A DNA stretch of 63,598 bases, the filler included, from Octopus bimaculoides (lineage: Eukaryota): NCBI RefSeq assembly GCF_001194135.2. It is 4 parts of 3 records of this genome, joined end to end, with 100 filler letters (N's around TTAATTAATTAA, not from the genome) between each part and the next. Parts side by side here need not be neighbours in the genome. Positions count along the whole stretch, not along the records: positions 1 to 17,055 come from NC_068982.1; positions 17,156 to 45,933 come from NC_069009.1; 2 more parts are not named here. The stretch is one strand, 5' to 3'. Each line of letters begins with the position of its first letter. Position 1 is the first letter of the stretch. The notes under the pieces are model-generated. The model was not told where the DNA came from. It saw only the letters and a list, made by a program, of their open reading frames with translations, and did not search any database. Both the position numbers and the translations under genes were made by a program. Below, one piece after another: positions 11,990 to 24,560 of the stretch.

Positions 11990-14865
11990 TATTTGACATG
12001 TAAAACTGTCAACTCAGACATGTTTTTTTTCTCTCTCCATTTACTTTCTTCTTTTTTGAAGCATCAAACACTTTTACATTTTCCATACGTTTCAGACTAA
12101 TACACACACACATACATACTTATAAGTACATATATATACATTTACACATATATTTATATCTATGTACACATACATGAATACACATATACTCACATGCACA
12201 CATTTGTATTTGTTCTCAGTTAGGTGTAGCTACATTTGTTACATTATACTTTATTTTTCAGTCCATATATTCTGGGAGAATGTCTTGTAGCTGACCATAC
12301 AAATTCTGTCTTTCTGTGGGATATCAACAGAAGGTACCATTTCTTTCTTATTTCTACTATTTTCATTTCCAAGTCTTTTTTTTAATTCTTTATATTATTG
12401 TTGCTTCAATACTTCTTTTTGTTTATATAACTGTCCAACCCATGCTAGCATGGAAAGCAGACGTTACATGACGATGATGATATATGATGGACTCTGCCAT
12501 TGAAGACGATGCATGAGCGTTCAGCTTTTGCCAATTGGTTTGTTTATAGTGATGAAATGTTCATGCTGTACATTAGCTCAAATAGACGTTGCTTGAACAG
12601 GTGCACTGTTTACCGTGCATCAAATGTTGAAGTGATCGCACAGTAACACGAGATGAAGTGTTTTACAGAAGAATACCATGCACAACCTGGTCTAGGAATT
12701 GAAATCACGATCTAGTGATTGTGAGTGCAACACCCTAACCACACGTCATTCACNNNNNNNNNNTCACGATCTAGTGATTGTGAGTGCAACACCCTAACCA
12801 CACGTCATTCACTCTCATGTTTATATATAAGGAGTGACTGTGTGGTAAGTAGCTTGCTTACCAACCACATGNNNNNNNNNNNNNNNNNNNNNNNNNNNNN
12901 NNNNNNNNNNNNNNNNNNNNNNNNNNNNNNNNNNNNNNNNNNNNNNNNNNNNNNNNNNNNNNNNNNNNNNNNNNNNNNNNNNNNNNNNNNNNNNNNNNNN
13001 NNNNNNNNNNNNNNNNNNNNNNNNNNNNNNNNNNNNNNNNNNNNNNNNNNNNNNNNNNNNNNNNNNNNNNNNNNNNNNNNNNNNNNNNNNNNNNNNNNNN
13101 NNNNNNNNNNNNNNNNNNNNNNNNAGAATAAGTACTAGGCTTACAAAGAATAAGTCCTGGGGTTGATTTGTTCATCTAAAGGTGGTGCCCCAGCATGGCC
13201 ACAGTAAAATAACTGAAACAAATGAAAGAACAAAAGAATATACTGGGTTCTCCGTGACCCGTTGGGTCACCAATAGTTCAAGTTACATGAAAAAACTGCA
13301 TATCTCAGGAATCTGTGGTCCAATTTACTCAAAATTTATGTTATTCTGTTTGTATTCATATTTCANNNNNNNNNNNNNNNNNNNNNNNNNNNNNNNNNNN
13401 NNNNNNNNNNNNNNNNNNNNNNNNNNNNNNNNNNNNNNNNNNNNNNNNNNNNNNNNNNNNNNNNNNNNNNNNNNNNNNNNNNNNNNNNNNNNNNNNNNNN
13501 NNNNNNNNNNNNNNNNNNNNNNNNNNNNNNNNNNNNNNNNNNNNNNNNNNNNNNNNNNNNNNNNNNNNNNNNNNNNNNNNNNNNNNNNNNNNNNNNNNNN
13601 NNNNNNNNNNNNNNNNNNNNNNNNNNNNNNNNNNNNNNNNNNNNNNNNNNNNNNNNNNNNNNNNNNNNNNNNNNNNNNNNNNNNNNNNNNNNNNNNNNNN
13701 NNNNNNNNNNNNNNNNACCCATGCTAGCAAGGAAAGCGGACGTTAAACGATGATGATGATGATATAAGTATGGTGATGCAAACAGGAAGAATATTTGATG
13801 AGTACCAATGCATGAAACTTTTGGAGCTTGAGTCACTTTGCAGTGGCAGCCCAAAGATCATTTTAATTTCATTTCGTTGAATTTTCATTTGAAAGTTTTT
13901 TAGTTTCATTTTTAAATTTCGGTCCAAGAGAATGTCTTCCTTTATATTTTACCCTTTCCTTTTTGCTTATTTTGACTCTCACATTTGTTTCAGTGTTCAG
14001 AATGTGGTTAATCAACACCCTCACCGATTCCCTTGCAAATCAAATTGGTGTAATGTCCACTACGCTTCACATCCAAGGTCATTTGTTTTCACTAATCAAT
14101 CAGCTATGGAACTGATGGATATCAGGGTTTGTATTCATTTTGATAATGGTCATCATTATCCTTATCTTTTAACATCTGTTTTCCGTGCTGGCATGGGTTT
14201 GATGGTTTGACAGGATGGAGCTGGAGACCTGCCCAAGACTCCAGTTGTATGTTTTGGCATGGTTTCTATGGTTGGATGCCCCTCCTAATGCCAGCCAGTT
14301 TACAGAGGGTACAGGGTGCTTTATACGTGACCATGGCTCAGGTTCTTTTACGTGGCACCAGCACAGGTTCTTGTATGTGGCACTGGCACAGGTTCTTTCC
14401 TACATGGCACTGCCATGAGTGCTTTTNNNNNNNNNNTGGCACTGGCACAGGTTCTTTCCTACATGGCACTGCCATGAGTGCTTTTTATGTGGCAGTCACT
14501 ATTAACAATTTTATTTGCCATTTATATGCTATCACTATTTCTAAACTTGAGAGCCCCCTTCGGTCATGAATGATTGTACTGAGAAAGACCCCCTTCGGTC
14601 ATGAATGATTGTACCGAGAAAGTTACCCTTCTGAGGTACAAGTCCAGGCAAGGTTGTTTATGGAAGGCCAACAGCCTCCTCTCTCCACATTACTGATGTT
14701 ATCCAAGAGAAAGGAAAATGCCAATACAGCTTGGCACCAGTGAAGTTGCAATTCATTTTTATAGCTGAGGGAACTGGTGCAGTGTGAAATAAAGTGTCTT
14801 GCTGAAGAACACAATACGCAACCTGGTCCAGGAATTGAATTCACTAGTAAGGTAAGGGTTGGCAA

Positions 14866-16640
14866 TGAGTAAAGTAAAGAATTCAGAGTACATGTAGGGG
14901 TTCACTAAGGATCAGTGCTCTTCCCCCTCTTGTTCATTATAGTCCTCCAGGCAATAACAGCAGAATTCAAGACAAGCTGCCCTTGGGAGCTNNNNNNNNN
15001 NTCCTCCAGGCAATAACAGCAGAATTCAAGACAAGCTGCCCTTGGGAGCTCCTCTAGGCTGAAGACCTTGCTCTTATAGCTGAATCTCTACCTGAACTAG
15101 AGAAGTTCCTAGCAGAAACCTAAGTCTTAGTAANNNNNNNNNNTCTCTACCTGAACTAGAGAAGTTCCTAGCAGAAACCTAAGTCTTAGTAAGTAGGAAG
15201 GTAGACAAATCACTAATCCCTTCAGGTAGATGGCCCTTCTCGATCTGCAGAAAAGGTGTTGGTAGAGACTCCATAAGATGTGCCCAGTGTAAGCTTTGGC
15301 CACATAAAAGGAGCAGCAATATCAGAGGAAAGTTAACAGGGAAAATAGCTTTTGTGTGTGGTAGATGTACAGGTACAATAAACACTAGAAATGTGCAGAA
15401 AATAGGGTCCATCAACTACTAGTGGGGCAAGCTAGAGGTAGTAGATAGCTTTTGTTATCTATGTGACCAAATTAGTAGCGGAGGTAGATGCTCTGAGAAC
15501 GTAGCTGTGAGAATAAGATTAGGCTGGGAAAAGTNNNNNNNNNNAGATGCTCTGAGAACGTAGCTGTGAGAATAAGATTAGGCTGGGAAAAGTTCAGAGA
15601 GCTCCTACTCCTGCTGGCAACAAAAACCTCTCTCTCTCTCAGAGTGAAAGGCAGATTGTTTGATGCCTGTGTGTGAANNNNNNNNNNTCTCTCTCTCAGA
15701 GTGAAAGGCAGATTGTTTGATGCCTGTGTGTGAACAGTAACGCTGTATGGCAGTGAAACATGGGCTGTGACAGCTAAGGGCATGCGTAGGCTTGAAAGAA
15801 ATGAAGCAAGTATGTGCAGTGTCAGTGTGCATGTTNNNNNNNNNNCAGAGTGTAAGCATCATGAGAGGTATCAGATGCAGTGTGCAAAAGAGACGACTGC
15901 GCTGGTATGGTAATGTGATGCGTGTGTACAAGGACAGCTGTGTAAAGAAGTGCCTATCTCTAACTGTGGTGGGAATCTGTGATATAGGTAGACACAGGAA
16001 GACGTGGGATGAGGTAGTGAAGCATGATCTTTGGACTTTGAGCCTCACAGAGGCAATGACTAGTGACCAAGACTTTTGGTGATGTGTTGTGCATGAGGAC
16101 CTTTCAAGCCAAGTGCACCTGTGCTGGTAGCNNNNNNNNNNTGTGTTGTGCATGAGGACCTTTCAAGCCAAGTGCACCTGTGCTGGTAGCACATAAAGAA
16201 CACTTTGTGAGATTTGGGCCTCACGGAGGCAAAGTGGCTGGGTTCCTTTTGAGTGTTGGTCCTCATGGAGGTAAAGTGGCTGAGTTCCTTTTGAGCATTG
16301 CGCCTCACGGAGGCAATGACCAAGACCTTTGGCACTATGTCGTACTTCAGAAGAAGATCCATCAAGCTGAGCAAAATCGCAGTCATGGCAGATATCAGTG
16401 GCACATAAAAGCACTGCAGTGTCACACAAATGGTGCCCATGCCAGCAGCATGTAAATGCACCCATTACACTTTTGGAGTGATTGGTGTTAGGAAGGGTAT
16501 CCAGCCATAGAAAGCCAAGCCAGATCAGCCCTCCAGTGTGCCAGCTTGGTCAAACTGTCCAACCCATGCCAGCATGGGAAATGGATGTTAAATGATGNNN
16601 NNNNNNNCAAACTGTCCAACCCATGCCAGCATGGGAAATG
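14866..16640 (+). mobile_element. 5'-truncated RTE-clade LINE (RT C-terminus, Cys-rich motif, 3' UTR, (GAT)n tail)
   Basis: Degenerate VGVH.GSVL.PLLFIIVLQAITAEFKTSCPWELL.A.DLALIAE, GRWPFSICRKGVGRDSIRC, LYGSETWAV and RRLRWYG. Confidence 0.85.
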
Positions 16641-17055
16641 GATGTTAAATGATGATGGTGACCTCAAGATTGTGAGCCCAATACCCTAACCACTGACCCA
16701 TGCACCTTCAATCTTACATATATATATCATTTGATATGGCAGCATTATTACCAGTTTTGAGAAACCATTTGATATGCCATTACTGTTACCAGCAGTATCA
16801 TCTTCATTAAAAGAATGTAAATGCAAGTATAGCTTTGTGGTTAAGATGCNNNNNNNNNNNNNNNNNNNNNNNNNNNNNNNNNNNNNNNNNNNNNNNNNNN
16901 NNNNNNNNNNNNNNNNNNNNNNNNNNNNNNNNNNNNNNNAACCAATGCCTTGTTAGTAGATTAAGCAGATGGAAACTGAAAGATGCTCATCATGTTGTGT
17001 GTATGTATATATATATATGTGTGGCATGTATGTATATATGTGTAGCATATATATA

Positions 17056-17155
17056 NNNNNNNNNNNNNNNNNNNNNNNNNNNNNNNNNNNNNNNNNNNNT
17101 TAATTAATTAANNNNNNNNNNNNNNNNNNNNNNNNNNNNNNNNNNNNNNNNNNNN
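17056..17155. other. Artificial scaffold join: 44 N + TTAATTAATTAA + 44 N
   Basis: Exactly 100 bp with a six-frame-stop 12-mer at 17100-17111. Identical structure at 45934 and 60152. Confidence 0.9.
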
Positions 17156-17219
17156 ATATATACATATATATATACATATATATATACATATATATATACA
17201 TATATATATACATACATAC

Positions 17220-17251
<32 letters not shown>

Positions 17252-17644
17252 GTATGATAGTGCTATATATATATGTGTATATTATGGGTATAAAAATATG
17301 TATACATGTGTGTCTATACTGTTATATGTCTATGTACATTGCGTATGTGTATAGTTATGTATATATACATTGTTGTGTGTGTATACTGTTATATATGAAT
17401 TTGTGTGTTTATTTCTATGTCTAAGTATATTTACTGCTATATATGTGTGTGTATATAATACATCTATATACGGCGATCTGTATATCTTATGTATTTGTGT
17501 ATATATATGTATATATATATATAGTATAGATATGCAGTAAGGTGTATAAGTATATATATAATATATACACATTCACATATATCTGTGTGTATATATGTTA
17601 TAGTGGCGTTTGTATCCAACAGTACGATCCTCTGAAACTATAGA

Positions 17645-17699
<55 letters not shown>

Positions 17700-17722
17700 G
17701 TGTGTGGATATGNNNNNNNNNN

Positions 17723-17756
<34 letters not shown>

Positions 17757-17770
17757 GTGTGTGGATATGT

Positions 17771-17806
<36 letters not shown>

Positions 17807-18065
17807 GGTGTAGAGGGTGTTGTGTATATGTATACATACACTGCTAGCGTGATATGTATATATGGTATGTGAGTATATATATATATATATATATATACTC
17901 ACTGTAATATATAGTGTGTAGTATTTTATATATTTATATTATTTTGTATAGTGTGGTTGCTTATATGTAGATTTATATATATATAATATATGTATATATA
18001 TATATATATAGTGAAGTATTTTGTGTGGTATGTATATTTAAATGAATTGTGGAGTTGGGTTTATG

Positions 18066-18097
<32 letters not shown>

Positions 18098-18187
18098 CCC
18101 ATACGTATGTGTGATGTTTATGTATGTGGAGCTTATTGAAATATGTGCATACAGATATGTATGTTAATATACATGTGATGTGTGTAT

Positions 18188-18231
<44 letters not shown>

Positions 18232-18931
18232 GCATGCTATATGGAATTTACTGTATAAATATGCCCACCTCGACCGTAAATCAAGCAGACCTAAGGCTAG
18301 ATTAGCGTTCCCACCGTGACTATCCTGTCTTTTGTTTTGACGTAGTGTATCTACGAGTATTACCAAATGTGTCCATCCTAACTTTATGAAGGTAAGCTGT
18401 GAATAAAGACAGATTTGACTGCTTTTTCTACCAGCCTTAGCGACCACATAGGAGCACCTTTGCCTCCCCTGATAGTCTATGTTGGCGTATATATCTATAT
18501 ATATAATGTGTGTGTGTATAATCTACCCTAATATACATATTTGCCAGTGTTTTGTGATGTTCATTGTGTTGCTGTGTGTATACTGTTATTTTGTGTCGTG
18601 TACATTGTGCAAAGAAGGCATATCCTGGAGTTGTCTATATACATGTATTGTGGCATATTTCTGGTATGTATAGAGATGTGTAATGGTCTGGTATGTGTAT
18701 AGCGATCTGTATATTTGTGTGGTATATATATTGTATATACTCAGCTGTTTGTATAGAATATATACACTGTATATTTACTGTATGATATCCATTGTTATGT
18801 GTGATTTATCGTCTAGTGATTCAGCATGTAAATATTTACACGCCAAATGTGTGTTTATATCTACACACATCTGCCGAATATCCAATCCATATCTTTCCTC
18901 ATGTATACATACACACACAAACGAACATACA

Positions 18932-18991
<60 letters not shown>

Positions 18992-20199
18992 CATACACAC
19001 AGACTTTCTGTGCATATTCTTATATTTTTTTCCTTCAGATATGATTTCAAACAATATGGCTTTCTTGTGAGACTTGTGTACCGATTACTAATATTATTAT
19101 TATTATTTCGAGTTGCGTAGCCCCGGGTCAGCTCTGATCGAGAATACGGGATCTACATGTGATTCATAGCTATTACTTCCGTGGCCATCCTGCCTTTTTC
19201 ATGTGTATATGGAACTTACATATGAAGCTTGTGGATTCGATGGATATTTTAGTTTCTAGCAGGTAAAAACCGACCACGTAGAAGGGATTCCCTCTCGTTA
19301 ACCCGATTCTGTTGTTGTTTTTTTTTAAAGGCCCACACCTACCTGGTTTGCCCTCTGATCCAGGAGACCTAGTGCCAAAAACGTTCCGATTGTGGCCATC
19401 TCCTGTATTTTCACCAAGATATTTTATTTACCACGTTGTATAATGTGTCCTTGTTTTTTTTTTTTTCGGGTGTGATTGAAGGGTGATTAGCTCAAACTGT
19501 ACAAGGCAGACATTTATTATGAATATGTTTCCCCCCTTACCTCCCACTTAAATACTCAACAAAAATCGCACCATTCTTAAGAAACGTGACCCACACTTGT
19601 CTGTTCTTTGGGGTCTTTTCCTGATCCCTTCCATTATTTTTATTAAGGTTTAAATCCCCAGAAACGAGAAGCATTTAGCGTTGCTGTTGACGGTGTAAAG
19701 CGAATCCGACTCCACATGCTTGTACGATCGTAGTTCTTAGACCCGGGTCAACACTGATCGGGTAGATCTCAAGCCTTTTCGGGCATGACCATCTCGTCTT
19801 TTATTTGAAGACATTTTCTATCTAGGACTACGATATGTGTTTTTCCTTATTGTTTACGTTAGGGGTGTAATTCGGGTGGTGGTAGTGGTGGTGGGTATTT
19901 AAGGTACTAGGGAATGTAAGCTGAAGGAAACTTGGGTTACCATTTGTAAGAGGAAGTCGCATTAGGGCCCCCGCCTCTCCGGCTTGTTTCTACTAGTTAA
20001 AAAACAAAACATGGGCTCCCATTTTAAAATACGGTTGAGTAGTTTTGTTGAATGAAATCTGACTGCTACTTTCAGCAGGTTTCGTTGTTTAACCCTGCGT
20101 CAGTCCCGATCGAGTAAGATCTATTATGATCAACCCGCATTTTGTTTTAGGGGCTACAATGTCTAATGCGTTCTTTTGTTATTTCAAACCTACTTTGTT

Positions 20200-20242
<43 letters not shown>

Positions 20243-20539
20243 CAGAGAGGATTTGACTTGAAGGGGCTTTGGACGCTATCACGTAAAGATTTCCTTGTTT
20301 TGTGTGTTAATGTAAGAGAATCTGATTGTTTAGGAGTCATTCTTCCGGGGTCGATAAAATAACCAGTGAAGTACTGAGGTCTGTTTAATATTCCTATAAA
20401 AAGTATCCTATATTTGTGTGAACAGAATTAGAATGATAATACTTAAGACTAAGGCTTGAGTGGCTTCTCGTTATTTCGAAGTTAAACGACTAGGAGTTGA
20501 GTTTGATGAGAGAAAAAGAAAAGAGCTAGCTGATTGCAA

Positions 20540-21000
20540 CATTCAGCAGGTCGGCCGACTACACATAAAGTATAAAGCTCCCTCGTTCGTTCGGTGTTTG
20601 CGTGTATGTGAGACAGCAAGAGAGAAAGAGAGAGAGAACGAGCTAGTGAAGTAAAGTGAATGGATAGAGGCTGACTTGTGTGTGCGTTGTTTGTGTAGAG
20701 AGTGGCTTCCTTTAACAAGGCTTGTGTGGTTCTTTCCCTCATTTTCAAGTTACAACTGGAGAGAAAGAGAGAAAGCTTTCTTTGACTGCTAGACTGAGTA
20801 GGTCGTGCAACTAACAAAACTACACACACAAGTAATAAAGCTCCCTCGTTGGCTTGCAGTTATTTGTTGTGTGTGTGAGAGATAGTGGAGAGAGAGAAGC
20901 TGGTGTGGTGGTTGGTACGGGCGCCATTTTTGTTTTTCTCTGTAAAAATGGCCGCCACATCTTGCTGATGTCTTAACACAGACGCCATTTTCATACATTT
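20540..21000. promoter_or_regulatory. Candidate promoter / first-exon region
   Basis: CpG-enriched relative to flanks, with GA repeats. YY1-like motifs at 20921-20930 (-), 20945-20956 (+) and 20981-20991 (-). Duplicated ACTACA...AAAGCTCCCTCGTT block at 20558 and 20819. Confidence 0.45.
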
Positions 21001-21329
21001 TTCCTTCCTCTGCACACACTTCGTACAAATGTCTGCACACACGATAATATAGAATATACATTGCACACACACGTATATATCTCTATGTATCATTTATATA
21101 TACATATATATGTGTGCTTGTATCTTACGCATGTATCTTCACAAATTTTCATATGTACACAATTTTATTAATATGGATGCGTGTGTGTATGTGCACATGT
21201 ATGCACACAAATTTCTTATGTCTGTACACGATTATAAGGATATGTGTGTGAGCACTATGCATATATGCATCTACATAAATATGCGCACAAATTTCATATG
21301 TACACATTAATGTGGATATATGTGGGTGA

Positions 21330-21372
<43 letters not shown>

Positions 21373-24109
21373 ACACTGTATGTATCTATACATGTATATT
21401 TGTGAGTGTCTACTCACATGTATATATGCGTGTTACTGGTTTCATTCATTGGACTACAACCATATTGGAGCAACCCACCGCTCTCACTATTCGTTTTATC
21501 ATCTCTTGAACTGCTAAATTACATTTCACAAATGCACACGGCATAAACAAGACTGGTGTAAACATGAGTACGCATACACGGCGGGTTTCAGCACAATATC
21601 CGTTTATCGAATTCCATTTACAGTGTGTTGACCAAACCGAGGTAGTGTTGAGACACTGCCTCCATAGTAGAGTGATGTGGGATTGAACTTCAAGCCACAA
21701 AGTTGTGAACCAAGTTTTTTTAACCTTACAGCTGTTTCTGGTATGTGTAGATGTATGTATGTATCCTGGACTGCCATAGCAGTATTGTAGGCTCCTGGGA
21801 AATCAGTGTACCGGGACCTATAGTATTTATTGACAGTGGAGGTGGATAGGGTATCTAGTTCACAGTCGTAAGATAACTAGTTCAATTCCTGGTGGTATGT
21901 TGTGTCCTTGAGCAAGACACTTTATTTCACATTGCTCCAGCCCATTCAGCTGACAAAAATGAGTAGTACCTGCATTTCAAAGGGCCGGGCTTGTTGTTTT
22001 CTGTGTCGTGTGTCATACTGAATCTCCTTGAGAACTACGTTAAGGGTATGCATGTCTGTGGAGTACTCAGCCATTTGCATGTTAGTTTTACAAGCAGGCT
22101 TTTCTGTTGATCTGATCACCTGGAACACTCAACGTCAAGGTGTGTGGCTTAGTGGTTAGGGTTTTCCGCTCAAAATCCTAAGGTGGTGGGTTGCATTCCT
22201 GGCGATGTGTTGTATCCTTGAGCAAGTCACTTCATTTCATGTTGCTCCCATCCACTCAACTGGTAAATGTTAGTAGTACTTGTATTTCAAAGACTGTTTT
22301 GCTGATCGGATCAACAGGAACCCTTATCGTAACTGACAGAATCCCAGTTTTTGTGTGCCCTTAAGCAAGGCTTGTCCTTCAAGCTTCTATTAGTCAAGCT
22401 TCTATTAGTCTGGTACAACCAGCATTATGAGCCTGGCAGTTATCAGGATGCAGGATTTGTATGTAGTTACCTTCTTAGATGAGCAGCTTGGACCGGTTGG
22501 GGTGTTTGTAAATGACATTCTGGAGAGAATTCTGTGACATGTTAATTAACCTGTAGCTGGAATCTTGTCAGGTGCTACCACTCCAGGTCAGGTTAACCCT
22601 AGGAACAATAGTGGTTACGAGGTGGTTCTATGTACCTCAAACCCTTGGAAGTCCTAAACAAGGTCCCCACTACCTGATGCAGTTTCAAGTCATACCTAGG
22701 ACATCTGTGTGTCTATATCGTCATCATCATTGTTTAATGTTATCCATGTTCACTCCCGGTATGGGGTGGATGGTTTGACAAGGGTCCAAGGAATCCAACG
22801 TGTTGCAGTGTCTGCTTTGGCATCATATCTGGCTGGATGCCCTTCCTAATGTCAACCACTTCACAGTGTATACTTGGTGGTTTTTAGTGCCACCAGTGCT
22901 ATTAAGGACACCATGTAGTAAAGCATGATTATTTTTAAAACAATGTGAATAAATAAGCATTACATCTGAATGCTTAAAGGATTAAACTGGCCATATCTCA
23001 ATCAAATTTAACTCTTTTTATGTTCAATCTGGTCAGGTCTGGCCTCTTAAACTTACCCTACAATATCATTCTAAAAGTATACAACCACATTATTGCAATC
23101 GCAAAGCTATGCGATAATGCATGATTAATTCAGAACAATGTGAATAAATAAGCATTACATTTGACAGAGTAATCTTGATGCTGAAGGGTCAGGTTATAGG
23201 GGGAAGACTCCATTAATCCTTTTTGTTGTCATATTTCTGTTGAAATGCACTGTCTTTGTTTCAATAAATCTTGAAGAATTTGGTGAAATAACTTTGTCAT
23301 TATCAATGAAATTTTGATGGAAGGTTTTAGTTGAAAACACTTTCAACATGAGTTTGTGCCTTAGAACCTGGGGCAGTCTCCGGTGGGTTGATATCAAGAC
23401 TCAAACACTTTACATTCAGTGCTCCTTTTGTCCGTCATCCATTATATCTGGACGACCCCCCCCCTCTTCACATTCTGAGTTCAAATTCTGTTGAGATCGA
23501 TTCTGCCTTTCGTCCTTTTGGGGTTGATAAAGTAAGTACCAGTATGGCACTGGTGGGTGGGAAGGGGTGGCATAAGGGTGTCACTGTAATCAACTTACCC
23601 TCTTCCCTCAAAAGTTGCTGGCCTTATGCCAAAATTTGAAACCATAATTAATATTATTATGTAGTATAATTTAGGGTAGCAAGCTGGCAGAATCGTTAGA
23701 ACATCTTTGACTTGTTACAGTCATTAGATTGCAGCCATGCCTTGGAGAATCTTTAGTTGAATGACTCGATCCCAGAACTTTATTTTTTCAAAACTTTGTA
23801 TTTATTCTATCAAGGCCAAAGCGGAAGACACTTACCAAAGGTGCCACGCTGTAGATCTGAATCCAGGAACAGCCACAAACTCTTAAAAATTCTTTTTGGA
23901 TATTCTGAAGAAGTTGCCTACACATACGATTATCCATAATAGCGCTATTCCGTGACAGGTTGGTGTCAAAATTTAAAAGAATTTAAATGCAAAATTACCG
24001 ACAGACAACCCAAACTGGAATTTCTGTTCCCAGATAGAGAGAGAGAGAACTCCTTAAATGTGAAATTAGAAACAATGTCACACTAATTTAACTTGGGTTA
24101 TCCTGTGTT

Positions 24110-24560
24110 GTGAGCCGCATAAGCCAGCAAGGTTGCTCTAGCATGGTCAGTCTTCTGCAGTTCTCTCAACTTCTGCCAAACTGGTCCTTGTGCATTTGAG
24201 TTCTTCTTGGGTCAGTCCCTTTTCTGTTTTTCTTTCCAGTGCCTATCCATTCCACTGCAATCCTTACCTGCTGATTGGCCGGCAGGTACAAGATGTGACC
24301 TGCCAGGTGAAACCAACACAGTGCTATGATGCTTTGCAGTTGGTAGGGTTTGTTTTGCAGCAGAATTTCTCCATTTGTAATTTTGCCTTATTAGGTGACT
24401 TGGAGGTTTTTCCAGACACATCACTGGTAGAATGTGTTTGGCTTGTTAGTCACCTTTGCTGACAATTTCCATTCTTCGCTACCATACGAGACTATTGACA
24501 GAACTATTTCACCATATATTTAAGCAAAACACCTGCAGATTTAGTGGTTGTGGGGTAAGT
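24110..24560 (-). mobile_element. Old RTE-clade LINE 3' ORF fragment
   Basis: Minus translation SIVSYGSEEWKL...ITNGEILLQ...W.HLAGHIL matches the RTE C-terminal pattern LYGSETW/ITN.E.L/LRW.GH. Multiple stops. Confidence 0.65.

Noticed and set aside
17100-17111. TTAATTAATTAA (also 45978 and 60196) as a biological motif
   Set aside because: Always centred in exactly 44+44 N and gives stops in all six frames, so it is an assembly linker.
18240-18447. Unique segment with a + strand donor (GAAG|GTAAGC) overlapping a minus-strand acceptor
   Set aside because: No recognisable protein in either direction and the strand cannot be decided.
17330-19120. Numerous ORFs rich in IY/YI, HT/TH, CV or SL (also 35139-35810, 38059-39789, 41983-42486, 45986-46311)
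   Set aside because: Translations of (AT)n, (AC)n and (CT)n microsatellites or N-runs.
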